Below, in pieces: positions 28,434 through 38,335 of a stretch of 44,007 nt of DNA (positions are counted from its first letter, which is position 1; each line of letters begins with the position of its first letter). A model generated the notes under the pieces. The model worked only from the letters and a program-made list of their open reading frames with translations, was not told the origin of the DNA and did not search any database. The DNA lies in IMG/VR virus record IMGVR_UViG_2636415673_000006. One strand, 5' to 3'. A program made the position numbers and the translations under genes. The DNA is from a virus. Its lineage: Duplodnaviria > Heunggongvirae > Uroviricota > Caudoviricetes.

Positions 28434-28840
28434 AAATTCGTCAGGCGCAGACCAGCGCAACCTACATCCTGCCGGACCCCGGCGAACTGAATAAACGCGT
28501 CCTGATCCGCCAGCGGGTGGATATGCCCGCGGATAACTTTGGCGTGGAGCCTCAATACCCGGTTACGTTCCGGACATGGGCGAAGGTTATCCAGACCAGT
28601 GCCACCACCTGGCAGGAAACCGCGCAGACCGGGGACGCCATCACCCATTACATCACCATTCGTTACCGCCGGGGGATCACCGCTGATTATGAGGTGGTCT
28701 GCGGTGACAGTGTGTACCGGGTGAAACGTCAGCGCGATCTGAACGGGGTGCGGCGCTTTCTGCTGCTGGAGTGTACGGAGCTGGGCGAATGTAGGCAGAG
28801 TCACGGAGGCAACAATGACGACTTCCTTTTTGCACGTTGA
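28430..28840 (+). CDS. Head closure / head-tail adaptor protein
   Basis: 136-aa ORF overlapping neighbours in the head-tail joining module. Confidence 0.5.
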   Translation: MKIRQAQTSATYILPDPGELNKRVLIRQRVDMPADNFGVEPQYPVTFRTWAKVIQTSATTWQETAQTGDAITHYITIRYRRGITADYEVVCGDSVYRVKRQRDLNGVRRFLLLECTELGECRQSHGGNNDDFLFAR

Positions 28841-29321
28841 TTTTCAGCAGCCCGCGGAGATGCGCTTTAACCGCGCCCGTGTCAGGCGGGCGTTTGTCAC
28901 GATTGGTCAGCGTCATATGCGTGATGCCCGTCGGCTGGTGATGCGCCGTGCACGGTCGGCACCGGGTGAAAACCCCGGTTATCAGACCGGACGCCTGGCT
29001 CGTTCGATTGGTTACATGGTACCCAGAGCCAGTAAACATCGCCCTGGTTTTATGGCACGTATAGCCCCTAACCAGCGTAATGGAGAGGGAAACCGCCGTA
29101 TCAACGGTGATTTTTATCCGGCTTTTTTGTTCTATGGCGTGAGGCGAGGGGCAAAGCGTCGTCGCAGCCATCATCGTGGTGCATCCGGTGGCAGCGGCTG
29201 GCGACTGGCTCCACGTAATAACTTTATGGTGGAAACGCTTGAAAAGAACCGCAGCTGGACACGCTATTTTCTGGCGCGGGAATTGCGTAAATCACTGAAG
29301 CCGGAGCGACGACACAGATGA
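28815..29321 (+). CDS. HK97 gp10-like tail component
   Basis: 168-aa basic ORF in the head-tail joining module. Confidence 0.5.
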   Translation: MTTSFLHVDFQQPAEMRFNRARVRRAFVTIGQRHMRDARRLVMRRARSAPGENPGYQTGRLARSIGYMVPRASKHRPGFMARIAPNQRNGEGNRRINGDFYPAFLFYGVRRGAKRRRSHHRGASGGSGWRLAPRNNFMVETLEKNRSWTRYFLARELRKSLKPERRHR

Positions 29322-29878
29322 AACTGACGCCTGTTATTGCTGCGCTGCGTGCCCGCTGCCCGTATTTTGAAAACCGGGTGGCAGGCGCGGCACAGTTCAA
29401 AAATCTGCCGGAGGTCGGAAAGCTGAGACTCCCGGCGGCGTATGTGGTACCGGGTGATGACTCTCCGGGAGAAAACAAAAGCCAGACCGACTACTGGCAG
29501 GAGCTGAAAGAGGGCTTCTCCGTGGTTGTCATACTGAGTAACGGGCGTGATGAGCGCGGTCAGTTTGCCTCGTATGATGTGGTGGACGATGTCCGGCAGA
29601 TGCTCTTTAAGGCTCTGCTGGGCTGGAACCCGGAAGCGTGCGGTAACCCGATTACCTATGACGGCGGCACGCTGCTGGATCTGAATCGTCATGAGCTGAT
29701 TTATCAGTTCGATTTTTCGGTCATCAGCGAGCTGACCGAAGACGATACCCGCCAGCAGGATGACCTGAACAGTCTGGATGAACTGCGAACGCTGGCGATT
29801 GATGTTGATTATCTCGATCCCGGTAACGGGCCTGACGGCGATATCGAACATCACACCGAAATAACCCTTCCTTCCTGA
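29318..29878 (+). CDS. Tail completion / terminator-like protein
   Basis: 186-aa ORF immediately upstream of the sheath gene. Confidence 0.4.
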   Translation: MKLTPVIAALRARCPYFENRVAGAAQFKNLPEVGKLRLPAAYVVPGDDSPGENKSQTDYWQELKEGFSVVVILSNGRDERGQFASYDVVDDVRQMLFKALLGWNPEACGNPITYDGGTLLDLNRHELIYQFDFSVISELTEDDTRQQDDLNSLDELRTLAIDVDYLDPGNGPDGDIEHHTEITLPS

Positions 29879-29886
29879 GGATCCTC

Positions 29887-30057
29887 ATGTTTGTGAAACC
29901 TGTTAAAGGGCGGTCAGTGCCTGACCCTGCCCGCGGCGACCTTTTGCCCGCCGAAGGGCGAAATGTTGACGAGAACAACTACTGGCTGCGCCGTGAAGCA
30001 GCGGGTGATATCCGGCGCGTGAATAAAAAGGTGAATACCGATGACGATAAGCTTTAA
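29887..30057 (+). CDS. Small protein upstream of sheath (Mu-like tail-module small ORF)
   Basis: Hand-translated 56-aa ORF MFVKPVKGRSVPDPARGDLLPAEGRNVDENNYWLRREAAGDIRRVNKKVNTDDDKL overlapping the sheath start. Confidence 0.3.
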   Translation: MFVKPVKGRSVPDPARGDLLPAEGRNVDENNYWLRREAAGDIRRVNKKVNTDDDKL

Positions 30058-31537
30058 CACCATTCCGTCGAATACGCTGGTTCCGTTGTTTTATGCGGAA
30101 ATGGATAACCAGGCGGCGAATACTGCACAGGACAGCGGAGCATCGTTGCTGATTGGTCACGCCAATAACGGTGCAGAGATTGTTGCCAACAGTCTGGTGC
30201 TGATGCCGTCGGCAGACTATGCACGCCAGATTTGTGGTGCGGGAAGTCAGCTGGCGCGTATGGTCGAGGCTTATCGCCAGACCGACCCGTTTGGCGAGCT
30301 GTATGTGATTGCCGTTCCGGAAGCCGCAGGCGCGGCGGCAACGGTTACTCTGACGGTGACCGGGGCGGCAACCGAAACCGGCACGGTGAATGTGTATGTG
30401 GGACATACCCGCGTGCAGGCACCGGTGACCAACGGCGATAACGTCGCGACCATTGCCAGCAGTATCCAGGATGCTATCAATGCCGTTCCGGCCCTGCCGT
30501 TTACGGCCTCATTTTCGGCTGGCGTGGTCACACTGACCGCGCGTCATAAGGGACTTTGCGGGAATGAAATTCCTGTCAGCCTCAATTACTACGGCTTTGG
30601 TGGGGGCGAAGTGCTGCCAGCGGGTGTACAGATTGCTGTGGCGACGGGTACCGCCGGAACGGGCGCTCCTGTTCTCACCGGTGCGGTGGCTGCAATGGCG
30701 GATGAGCCGTTTGATTATATCGGTCTGCCGTTCAACGACACGGCCTCCGTTAACACGCTGGTGACCGAGATGAACGATACCAGCGGTCGCTGGAGCTATG
30801 CGCGTCAGCTGTATGGTCATGTGTATACGTCAAAGACCGGTACGCTGTCAGAACTGGTGACCGCAGGTGACCAGTTTAACCAGCAGCACATTACCCTGGC
30901 GGGGTACGAAAAAGAAACCCAGACACCTGCCGACGAGCTGGCGGCAAGCCGTACCGCCCGCGCAGCGGTGTTTATCCGCAACGATCCGGCACGTCCCACG
31001 CAGACCGGTGAGCTGGTGGGTATGCTGCCTGCGCCGAAGGGGAAACGGTTCACGATGACCGAGCAGCAGACCCTGCTGTCTCATGGCGTGGCAACGGCGT
31101 ATGTCGAAAGCGGGGTACTGCGCATTCAGCGTGATGTCACCACGTACAGGAAAAATGCTTACGGGGTTGCGGATAACAGCTACCTCGACAGCGAGACGCT
31201 GCATACCAGCGCGTATGTGCTGCGCAAACTGAAATCCGTCATTACCAGTAAGTACGGGCGTCACAAGCTTGCCAGTGACGGTACCCGCTTTGGTCCCGGT
31301 CAGGCGATTGTCACCCCGGCGGTGATCAAAGGGGAACTGCTGGCAACCTACCGTCAGCTTGAGCGTGCGGGGATCGTGGAAAACTACGAACTGTTTAAGC
31401 AGTACCTGGTTGTGGAGCGTGATGCCAGCGATCCGAACCGCCTGAACACGCTGTTCCCGCCTGACTATGTTAACCAGTTGCGTGTCTTTGCCGTGGTTAA
31501 CCAGTTCCGTCTTCAGTATTCAGAGGAGTCCGCATAA
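30041..31537 (+). CDS. Contractile tail sheath protein (Mu gpL-like)
   Basis: 498-aa ORF followed by a ~118-aa tube gene, a frameshifted chaperone pair and a tape measure: the Mu-like myovirus tail arrangement. Confidence 0.7.
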   Translation: MTISFNTIPSNTLVPLFYAEMDNQAANTAQDSGASLLIGHANNGAEIVANSLVLMPSADYARQICGAGSQLARMVEAYRQTDPFGELYVIAVPEAAGAAATVTLTVTGAATETGTVNVYVGHTRVQAPVTNGDNVATIASSIQDAINAVPALPFTASFSAGVVTLTARHKGLCGNEIPVSLNYYGFGGGEVLPAGVQIAVATGTAGTGAPVLTGAVAAMADEPFDYIGLPFNDTASVNTLVTEMNDTSGRWSYARQLYGHVYTSKTGTLSELVTAGDQFNQQHITLAGYEKETQTPADELAASRTARAAVFIRNDPARPTQTGELVGMLPAPKGKRFTMTEQQTLLSHGVATAYVESGVLRIQRDVTTYRKNAYGVADNSYLDSETLHTSAYVLRKLKSVITSKYGRHKLASDGTRFGPGQAIVTPAVIKGELLATYRQLERAGIVENYELFKQYLVVERDASDPNRLNTLFPPDYVNQLRVFAVVNQFRLQYSEESA

Positions 31538-31893
31538 TGGCCCGTATCGGGGGAACCTGTTATTTCAAAATTGACGGTCAGCAGCTATCGCTGACCGGCG
31601 GCATTGAGGTGCCCATGAACAGGACGGTCAATGATGACATCATCGGCCTGGACGGTTCAGTGGACCGCAAGGAAACTCACCGTGCGCCTTATGTCAAAGG
31701 GACCTTCAAGGTGCCGAAGAATTTTCCGGTGAGCAAAATCACCTCGTCTGATGAGATGACCATCACTGCCGAGCTGGCGAACGGTCAGGTCTATGTACTG
31801 TCGTCTGCCTGGCTGCACGGCGAAGCGAACCATAATGCCGAAGAAGGCACGGTCGATCTTGAGTTCCACGGTGAAGAAGGGGATTACCAGTAA
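31537..31893 (+). CDS. Tail tube protein (Mu gpM-like)
   Basis: 118-aa ORF directly after the sheath gene. Confidence 0.6.
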   Translation: MARIGGTCYFKIDGQQLSLTGGIEVPMNRTVNDDIIGLDGSVDRKETHRAPYVKGTFKVPKNFPVSKITSSDEMTITAELANGQVYVLSSAWLHGEANHNAEEGTVDLEFHGEEGDYQ

Positions 31894-32162
31894 TGAAAGA
31901 GCTTGAGTTAAAGAAACCGATTACCGCTCATGGCGAGACACTCTCCGTACTGGAGTTTGATGAGCCCACCGGGAAAGATGTCCGCGAGCTGGGGTATCCC
32001 TACCAGATGAATCAGGATGAGTCCGTCAGACTTCTGGCGCATGTGGTGTCGAAATACATTGTGCGGCTGGCGAAAGTGCCGCAAAGCTCTGTCGACCAGA
32101 TGTCTCCGGCAGACCTGAATGCAGCGGCGTGGCTTGTGGCTGGTTTTTTCCTCCAGGCCTGA
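31893..32162 (+). CDS. Tail assembly chaperone (upstream ORF of frameshift pair)
   Basis: 89-aa ORF between tube and tape measure; contains the slippery heptamer near its 3' end. Confidence 0.55.
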   Translation: MKELELKKPITAHGETLSVLEFDEPTGKDVRELGYPYQMNQDESVRLLAHVVSKYIVRLAKVPQSSVDQMSPADLNAAAWLVAGFFLQA

Positions 32163-32311
32163 CGGCTGAATACCTCACTGATCGCTTCTTTGACTGCGCC
32201 AGCTACTGGCGCATTAATCCCTTCGAATTGCTGAATATGCCGATCAGTGAAATTCCCTTGCTGGTCAGTCAGGCAAACAGGATAGAGCAGGAGAAACGCA
32301 CACATGGCTGA
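32129..32311 (+). CDS. Tail assembly chaperone frameshift extension (-1 frame)
   Basis: ORF in the -1 frame relative to 31893..32162, overlapping it and ending at the tape-measure start; predicted fusion about 139 aa. Confidence 0.5.
   Translation: MACGWFFPPGLTAEYLTDRFFDCASYWRINPFELLNMPISEIPLLVSQANRIEQEKRTHG
32144..32150 (+). other. Programmed -1 ribosomal frameshift slippery site (T TTT TTC)
   Basis: Heptamer TTTTTTC in the zero frame of the chaperone ORF, 10 nt before its stop; the -1 frame stays open to 32311. Confidence 0.5.
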
Positions 32312-34145
32312 ATTTGAGCTTAAGGCGTTGATCACCGGTGTCGACAGGCTTTCTCCCGCGCTGTCGAAAATGCAAAAGAAAATCCGGGGATTTAAACGCC
32401 AGGCGGAAGAAGCGTCACAGGGTGGGCTGGCGCTTGGTGGCGGACTGGCTGCGGGTCTGACGCTTTCCCTGAAATCTTATGCCGATCAGGAAAACGCCGC
32501 CACCGGGCTGAAAGTCGCCATGATGGATGCGAACGGCGAGGTTGGAAAGAGCTTTCAGGACATCAATAAACTGGCTATTGGTCTGGGTAACCAGCTACCC
32601 GGTACAACGGCTGATTTCCAGAACATGATGCAGATGCTGGTGCGTCAGGGGATCCCGGCAGAAAACATTCTGGGTGGTGTGGGTAAAGCGACAGCTTATC
32701 TTGCGGTACAACTGAAAAAAACACCGGAAGCGGCTGCTGAGTTTGCTGCAAAGATGCAGGATGCTACCGGAACGGCGTCAGAAGACATGATGGGGCTGTT
32801 CGACACTATCCAGAAGGCGTTTTATCTTGGCGTTGACGATACCAACATGTTGTCCTTCTTCACTAAAACCAGTTCTGTTCTGAAGATGGTGAACAAGGAC
32901 GGTCTTCAGGCTGCACAGAGCCTTGCCCCCATCAGCGTCATGATGGATCAGATGGGGATGAACGGGGAGTCGGCAGGTAATGCCCTGCGAAAAGTTATCC
33001 AGTCCGGATTAAGCGTTAAGAAAATCAGGGACGTCAATAAAGTCATGGCCCGCCAGAAACTCGGGGTACAGCTCGATTTTACTGACGGCAAAGGAAGTTT
33101 TGGCGGTCTTGATAACATGTTCAGGCAACTGGCAAAGCTGCGAAAACTGACCGACGTTAAGCGAACAGGTGTACTTAAGGCAATATTTGGTGATGATGCC
33201 GAAACCCTTCAGGTGGTCAATGCACTAATCGATAAAGGAAAGGATGGCTACGATCAGATCCAGCAGAAGATGAATAAACAGGCCAGCCTGAATAAACGTG
33301 TTCAGGCCCAGCTTGGTACGCTGTCCAACCTGTGGGAGGCAATGACGGGGACCGCAACTAACGGCCTTGCGGCTATTGGCGGCGCATTTTCTGGTGACGC
33401 CAAAAATATCACGCAATGGCTGGGGGAGTTAGGGGAAAAATTCACGAAGTTTGCGGATGAAAATCCCCGGGTTATTCGCGGCGTCGTCGGGCTTGCTGCC
33501 GGTCTTGCGATTCTGAAACTGGGATTGATGGGCGTTGGCGGGGCCATCAGTATTGTCAGCAGGATCATGTCGATGACGCCGATTGGAATGATTGCGACGG
33601 CGATAGCCCTGGCTGCGGGATTAATTATCACTAACTGGGATGTTGTCGGACCTTATTTCAAGAAGCTCTGGGAAACCATTGGTCCTTATTTTGAGGCTGG
33701 CTGGGAACTTCTGAAGAAGGTTTTTGCCTGGTCGCCGCTGGGGATGGTAATCAATAACTGGGGACCGGTTGTTAAGTGGTTTCAGGATATGTGGGACAAG
33801 CTGAAGCCAATTATTGAGTGGTTTACCGACAGTTCCGGTGACACGGTCGATGCCATTAACTCTGCGCAGTGGGGCGCGGGTGCTTATGATGCTTATGGGA
33901 CGGGATTCCCGGCGCGGGGATACACACCTTATCCGGCGATGGATCCGGCTCAGGCAAACAACGCCTCCGATGCCACAGGCCCGAATCCCTTCATGATTAA
34001 CAAAGCTTCTGCGCCAAAAGTTGACGGTGAGATCAAGGTCTCTTTTGTGAATTCGCCTCCGGGTATGCGGGTTATGGAAACGCGATCCAGCGGTATCGAC
34101 GTGAATCACGACGTTGGCTACACCCGATTTGGTATGGGGGGCTGA
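32304..34145 (+). CDS. Tail tape measure protein
   Basis: 613-aa ORF, alpha-helical and Ala/Gly-rich with internal TM-like segment (VVGLAAGLAILKLGLMGVGGAISIV). Confidence 0.75.
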   Translation: MAEFELKALITGVDRLSPALSKMQKKIRGFKRQAEEASQGGLALGGGLAAGLTLSLKSYADQENAATGLKVAMMDANGEVGKSFQDINKLAIGLGNQLPGTTADFQNMMQMLVRQGIPAENILGGVGKATAYLAVQLKKTPEAAAEFAAKMQDATGTASEDMMGLFDTIQKAFYLGVDDTNMLSFFTKTSSVLKMVNKDGLQAAQSLAPISVMMDQMGMNGESAGNALRKVIQSGLSVKKIRDVNKVMARQKLGVQLDFTDGKGSFGGLDNMFRQLAKLRKLTDVKRTGVLKAIFGDDAETLQVVNALIDKGKDGYDQIQQKMNKQASLNKRVQAQLGTLSNLWEAMTGTATNGLAAIGGAFSGDAKNITQWLGELGEKFTKFADENPRVIRGVVGLAAGLAILKLGLMGVGGAISIVSRIMSMTPIGMIATAIALAAGLIITNWDVVGPYFKKLWETIGPYFEAGWELLKKVFAWSPLGMVINNWGPVVKWFQDMWDKLKPIIEWFTDSSGDTVDAINSAQWGAGAYDAYGTGFPARGYTPYPAMDPAQANNASDATGPNPFMINKASAPKVDGEIKVSFVNSPPGMRVMETRSSGIDVNHDVGYTRFGMGG

Positions 34146-34226
34146 TACCCCGCTTAAACACGGGTTTTGTCGTTTAGCAGGTTCTTGGTAGGATTAGTCC
34201 GATACTTTAATGATGGGAATAGGGAT

Positions 34227-34904
34227 ATGAAAGTCTTAACAATTTATTCAGTTGTCGGCATGGCTCTTTTACTCGGGGGATGTACCTCTCCGAAGTACAA
34301 TTATTTACCAAAAACAGAAAATTATAGTGAACCTCCTGTAGGAAGCATTAATACAGCTTATGTCGGTGATTCAATGATTAAGCAGGGGGTGTCACAGAGG
34401 TTTGAAGGTCTGAAGGTTAATGCTCCTGCGAGAATTTCCTGGGCGTATACGATCACTCCGGGGATGCTGAAAAAGGTTGGTGAGGATAACAAGGCTGATT
34501 ATTACTTTCTCACAAACGGTGCTGATTCAGCCAATGTGGAAAAGGCAGCCCTTGCCGATATGTGGCAGGGCATCATGGTAGAAAAGAAAAAGAATGCCTT
34601 ATGTGTAATAACAGTTTTCGGTGTTACCAACTGTGAAACTAACATGCCTATCGAAAAGGTTACTCTGAATATCAGTGGTGATTCATCTTTCCAGCAAGCT
34701 CTGCTTTACAACGGAAGGGTCGGAAACAAAATCAACATTGGATATCGTGAATTTTCATCGAATACAGCACGCCCGGCCTTCAACAACGATGTTGAGTATG
34801 ATCTCGCGGAGTCTAAAACAATTGGCTATAAAGGGGCTAAATTCGAAGTACTTGATGCGAGTAACCAAAGCATAAGGTATCGGGTAATAAGTAACTTTAG
34901 ATAA
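34227..34904 (+). CDS. Lipoprotein of unknown function (moron inside tail module)
   Basis: Signal peptide plus lipobox (MKVLTIYSVVGMALLLGGCTSP); AT-rich relative to flanks; followed by its own terminator. Track ORF begins at 34167. Confidence 0.65.
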   Translation: MKVLTIYSVVGMALLLGGCTSPKYNYLPKTENYSEPPVGSINTAYVGDSMIKQGVSQRFEGLKVNAPARISWAYTITPGMLKKVGEDNKADYYFLTNGADSANVEKAALADMWQGIMVEKKKNALCVITVFGVTNCETNMPIEKVTLNISGDSSFQQALLYNGRVGNKINIGYREFSSNTARPAFNNDVEYDLAESKTIGYKGAKFEVLDASNQSIRYRVISNFR

Positions 34905-34918
34905 GCGATAATTTAATG

Positions 34919-34943
34919 AAACCCGCTTCGGCGGGTTTTTTTA
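34919..34943 (+). terminator. Rho-independent terminator after the lipoprotein moron
   Basis: aacccgc-ttcg-gcgggtt followed by T7. Confidence 0.7.
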
Positions 34944-34957
34944 TATCCGGAGTTTAT

Positions 34958-36286
34958 ATGACGTGGAAAGACAGACTTCAGGACGCGTCATTTCGCGGCG
35001 TGCCGTTTAAGGTTGAAGAAGAAAGTGCGGGAACCGGTCGTCGTGTGGAAACGCACGAATACCCGAACCGCGACAAACCCTATACCGAAGACCTGGGGAA
35101 AATCACTTTCCGCCCGTCCATCACGGCTTATGTGGTGGGAGATGACTGCTTTGACCAGCGCGATCGCCTGATTGACGCGCTGAATAAACCCGGTCCCGGC
35201 ACGCTTGTCCATCCGACTTACGGTGAGCTGAAAGTCTGTGTTGACGGAGAAGTTCGGGTCAGCACATCGAAGAGTGAAGGGCGTATTGTCCGCTTTGACC
35301 TGAAGTTTGTCGAAGCGGGAGAACTCTCTTACCCCACATCAGGTGCGGCGACGGCGCAGACGCTGATGTCATCCTGTTCTGCACTGGATGACTGCATCAG
35401 TGACAGTTTCAGTAGTTTCAGTATCGATGGCGTGGCAGATTTTGTGCAGAACGATGTCGTCGGTAATGCCAGCACAATGCTTGGGTATGTTTCTGATGCG
35501 ATGAAAGTGGTGGATTTTGCCGTATCGGATGCCGCCAGGCTGTTGCAGGGGGATATCTCGGTACTTCTGCCGCCGCCATCGTCAGGCAAAAATTTCGTTG
35601 AGCAGGTGCAGAAAATGTGGCGTACCGGGAAACGCCTTTATGGTAACGCCAGCGACCTGGTCACCATGATCAAAACGCTTTCCGGTGTCAGCCTCGGCAG
35701 CGATCTGCAACCGCGCGGCGTCTGGAAAACGGACAGTAAAACCACCGCCACGGCGACGCAGCAGCGTAACGTGGTTGCCAGCATCCTTCGTACGACCGCA
35801 ATCAGCGAAGCGGCGTATGCCGTCACCCGATTGCCTGCGCCAACAACTTCCGCGGTGATGCAGAATGCCGCAGTGGGGCAGGCAACAACACCCGCGCAGA
35901 GCTCCGGCTGGCCTGCCGTCACGCATCCGGTGCTGAACAATGCACCGGCGGTGAAAAACACGGTTGACCTGCCAACGTGGGAAGAACTGACCGACATTCG
36001 CGACACACTGAATATGGCAATTGATAAGGAGTTGTCCCGTACAACCAGTGATGCGCTGTTTCTGGCGCTGCGCCGGGTGAAAGCAGATCTGAATGCGGAT
36101 ATCAACACGCGCCTTGAACAGTCTGCTCGGATCATTCAGCGCACGCCGGATGAGGTTTTACCCGCGCTGGTGCTGGCGGCGGCCTGGTTTGATAACGCGG
36201 CGCGTGACGCGGACATTATCCGGCGTAATGCCATTACGCATCCCGGCTTTGTGCCGGTGATCCCTCTGAAGGTGCCAGTGCAATGA
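34958..36286 (+). CDS. Mu-like DNA circulation protein (gpN-like)
   Basis: Start placed at the internal ATG (MTWKDRLQDASFRGVPF) after the terminator, with RBS GGAG; the track ORF start at 34916 lies inside the terminator hairpin. Confidence 0.6.
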   Translation: MTWKDRLQDASFRGVPFKVEEESAGTGRRVETHEYPNRDKPYTEDLGKITFRPSITAYVVGDDCFDQRDRLIDALNKPGPGTLVHPTYGELKVCVDGEVRVSTSKSEGRIVRFDLKFVEAGELSYPTSGAATAQTLMSSCSALDDCISDSFSSFSIDGVADFVQNDVVGNASTMLGYVSDAMKVVDFAVSDAARLLQGDISVLLPPPSSGKNFVEQVQKMWRTGKRLYGNASDLVTMIKTLSGVSLGSDLQPRGVWKTDSKTTATATQQRNVVASILRTTAISEAAYAVTRLPAPTTSAVMQNAAVGQATTPAQSSGWPAVTHPVLNNAPAVKNTVDLPTWEELTDIRDTLNMAIDKELSRTTSDALFLALRRVKADLNADINTRLEQSARIIQRTPDEVLPALVLAAAWFDNAARDADIIRRNAITHPGFVPVIPLKVPVQ

Positions 36287-37362
36287 ACGACAATGTCACG
36301 CTACGGGTAAATGGCCGGGAGTGGAATGGCTGGACATCGGTGCGCATCGGTGCCGGTATTGAACGGCTGGCGCGGGATTTCAGTGTGGAGATCACCCGCC
36401 AGTGGCCGGGAGATGAGGGTATCACCACGCTTCAGCCGCGCATTAAAAACGGTTCAAAAGTGGAAGTGCTGATTGGTGATGAGCTGGTGATCACCGGCTG
36501 GGTGGAGGCGACTCCCGTTCGTTACGATGCCCGTTCGGTCAGCACCGGTATTGCCGGACGTAGTCTGACCGCTGACCTGATTGACTGTGCAGCCGAACCG
36601 ACACAGTTTAACGGACGATCGCTGGTACAGATTGCGCAGGCGCTTGCTGCGCCTTTCGGCATTGAGGTGGTGAACAACGGTGCACCGTCGGATGTTATTC
36701 CTGATGTCCAGCCTGATCACGGTGAAACGGTGATCGAGGTGATCAACAAAATACTCGGTCAGCAGCAGGCGCTGGCTTATGACGACCCGCACGGCAGGCT
36801 GGTGATTGGCGGTATTGGCTCAACGCGGGCACATACCGCGCTGGTACTTGGGGAAAACATCCTTTCCTGTGATACGGAGAAGAGTGTTCGGGAGCGTTTT
36901 TCAGTTTACCAGGTGGCGGGGCAGCGTGCCGGAAACGACGATGATTTCGGTGAGGCCACCACCACCGCGCTGCGGGCCCGCACAGAGGACGCATTTATTG
37001 CCCGTTACCGTCCGATGTATATCAGGCAGACAGGGCAGGCCACGGGGGCAGGCTGTATTGCCCGTGCTGACTTTGAAGCCCGGCAACGGGCGGCGCGGAC
37101 GGATGAAACCACCTATGTGGTGCAGGGCTGGCGACAGGGTAACGGTACGCTGTGGCAGCCCAACCAGCGGGTGATTGTCTTTGATCCGGTCTGTGGTTTC
37201 GACAATACCGAACTGCTTGTTTCGGAAGTCACGTTTACTCAGGACCAGAACGGCACCCTGACGGAAATCCGTGTCGGCCCGCCTGATGCTTATCTGCCTG
37301 AACCCGAAGCCCCCGGCGCGCGGAAAAAGAAAAAATCCAGAGTACAGGAGGACCCGTTCTGA
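36283..37362 (+). CDS. Mu gpP-like tail/baseplate hub protein
   Basis: 359-aa ORF in Mu-like order after the DNA circulation gene. Confidence 0.55.
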   Translation: MNDNVTLRVNGREWNGWTSVRIGAGIERLARDFSVEITRQWPGDEGITTLQPRIKNGSKVEVLIGDELVITGWVEATPVRYDARSVSTGIAGRSLTADLIDCAAEPTQFNGRSLVQIAQALAAPFGIEVVNNGAPSDVIPDVQPDHGETVIEVINKILGQQQALAYDDPHGRLVIGGIGSTRAHTALVLGENILSCDTEKSVRERFSVYQVAGQRAGNDDDFGEATTTALRARTEDAFIARYRPMYIRQTGQATGAGCIARADFEARQRAARTDETTYVVQGWRQGNGTLWQPNQRVIVFDPVCGFDNTELLVSEVTFTQDQNGTLTEIRVGPPDAYLPEPEAPGARKKKKSRVQEDPF

Positions 37363-37910
37363 TGAGGACGATTGAAGCCATGCAGCGACAACTCCTCGGC
37401 CTGATTGGGCGGGCCGTGGTGAAAAGCATCAGTGCCGCCACGAAATGTCAGACCGTGGATGTGTCCCTGATTGCCGGTGAACCCAAAGCCGGGGTTGAAC
37501 ATCTTGAACCCTACGGTTTTACCTCAAGGGCAAACAGCGGTGCGGAAGCGGTGGTGTTGTTTCCGGATGGCGACCGTTCTCATGCAGTGGTTGTTACGGT
37601 GTCGGACCGGCGCTACCGCCTGAAAGGGCTGCAGACGGGTGAGGTGGCTGTCTATGACGATCAGGGGCAGTCCGTGACGCTGACCCGGGAGGGGATCGTG
37701 GTGGACGGTGCAGGTAAAACGATCACGTTTCGCAATGCGCCTAAGGCACGTTTTGAAATGGACCTGGAAGTGACAGGACAGGTGAAAGACCTGTGCGACT
37801 CCGGCGGCACCACCATGTCAGCGATGCGGCTTGCCTATAACGGGCATCGTCACAGAGAGAACGGTCAGGGCAGTAACACCGACAAACCTGATAAAGCGAT
37901 GGAGGCATGA
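37362..37910 (+). CDS. Baseplate assembly protein V-like (spike, Mu gp45-like)
   Basis: 182-aa ORF in Mu-like order. Confidence 0.55.
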   Translation: MRTIEAMQRQLLGLIGRAVVKSISAATKCQTVDVSLIAGEPKAGVEHLEPYGFTSRANSGAEAVVLFPDGDRSHAVVVTVSDRRYRLKGLQTGEVAVYDDQGQSVTLTREGIVVDGAGKTITFRNAPKARFEMDLEVTGQVKDLCDSGGTTMSAMRLAYNGHRHRENGQGSNTDKPDKAMEA

Positions 37911-38335
37911 TGGAACTGTGGCTGACGGTGAACGGTAAACGCACCTGCGCCAGCGCACCGCTGGATCCGCTGACCCGCGCCGTGGTGATTTCCCTGTTTA
38001 CCTGGCGGCGGGCGGAGCCTGATGACAACGCCGACGTCCCGATGGGATGGTGGGGGGATACCTGGCCTGCGGTACAGAATGACCGTTACGGCTCCCGACT
38101 GTGGCTGCTTCAGCGCAGCAAACTGACCAATCAGCTGGTGCAGACGGTAAGGGGGTATATCCGCGAATGCCTGCAATGGATGATTGATGACGGCGTGGTG
38201 TCCCGTATTGATCTGGATATCCGCCGCACCGGGATTAATGAACTGGGTAACAGTATCACTCTCTGGCGTCGTGACGGACCGGTAATGATTTCTTTTGATG
38301 ATCTGTGGAGTGCGATAACGCATGGCGGACAGTGA
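37907..38335 (+). CDS. Baseplate protein (GPW/gp25-like, Mu gp46-like)
   Basis: 142-aa ORF in Mu-like order. Confidence 0.5.
   Translation: MMELWLTVNGKRTCASAPLDPLTRAVVISLFTWRRAEPDDNADVPMGWWGDTWPAVQNDRYGSRLWLLQRSKLTNQLVQTVRGYIRECLQWMIDDGVVSRIDLDIRRTGINELGNSITLWRRDGPVMISFDDLWSAITHGGQ

Noticed and set aside
34916-34957. Track start of the DNA circulation gene at 34916 (MKPASAGFFISGVY...)
   Set aside because: These codons are the terminator hairpin and T-run of the upstream lipoprotein gene; the internal ATG at 34958 with RBS GGAG is the more plausible start.
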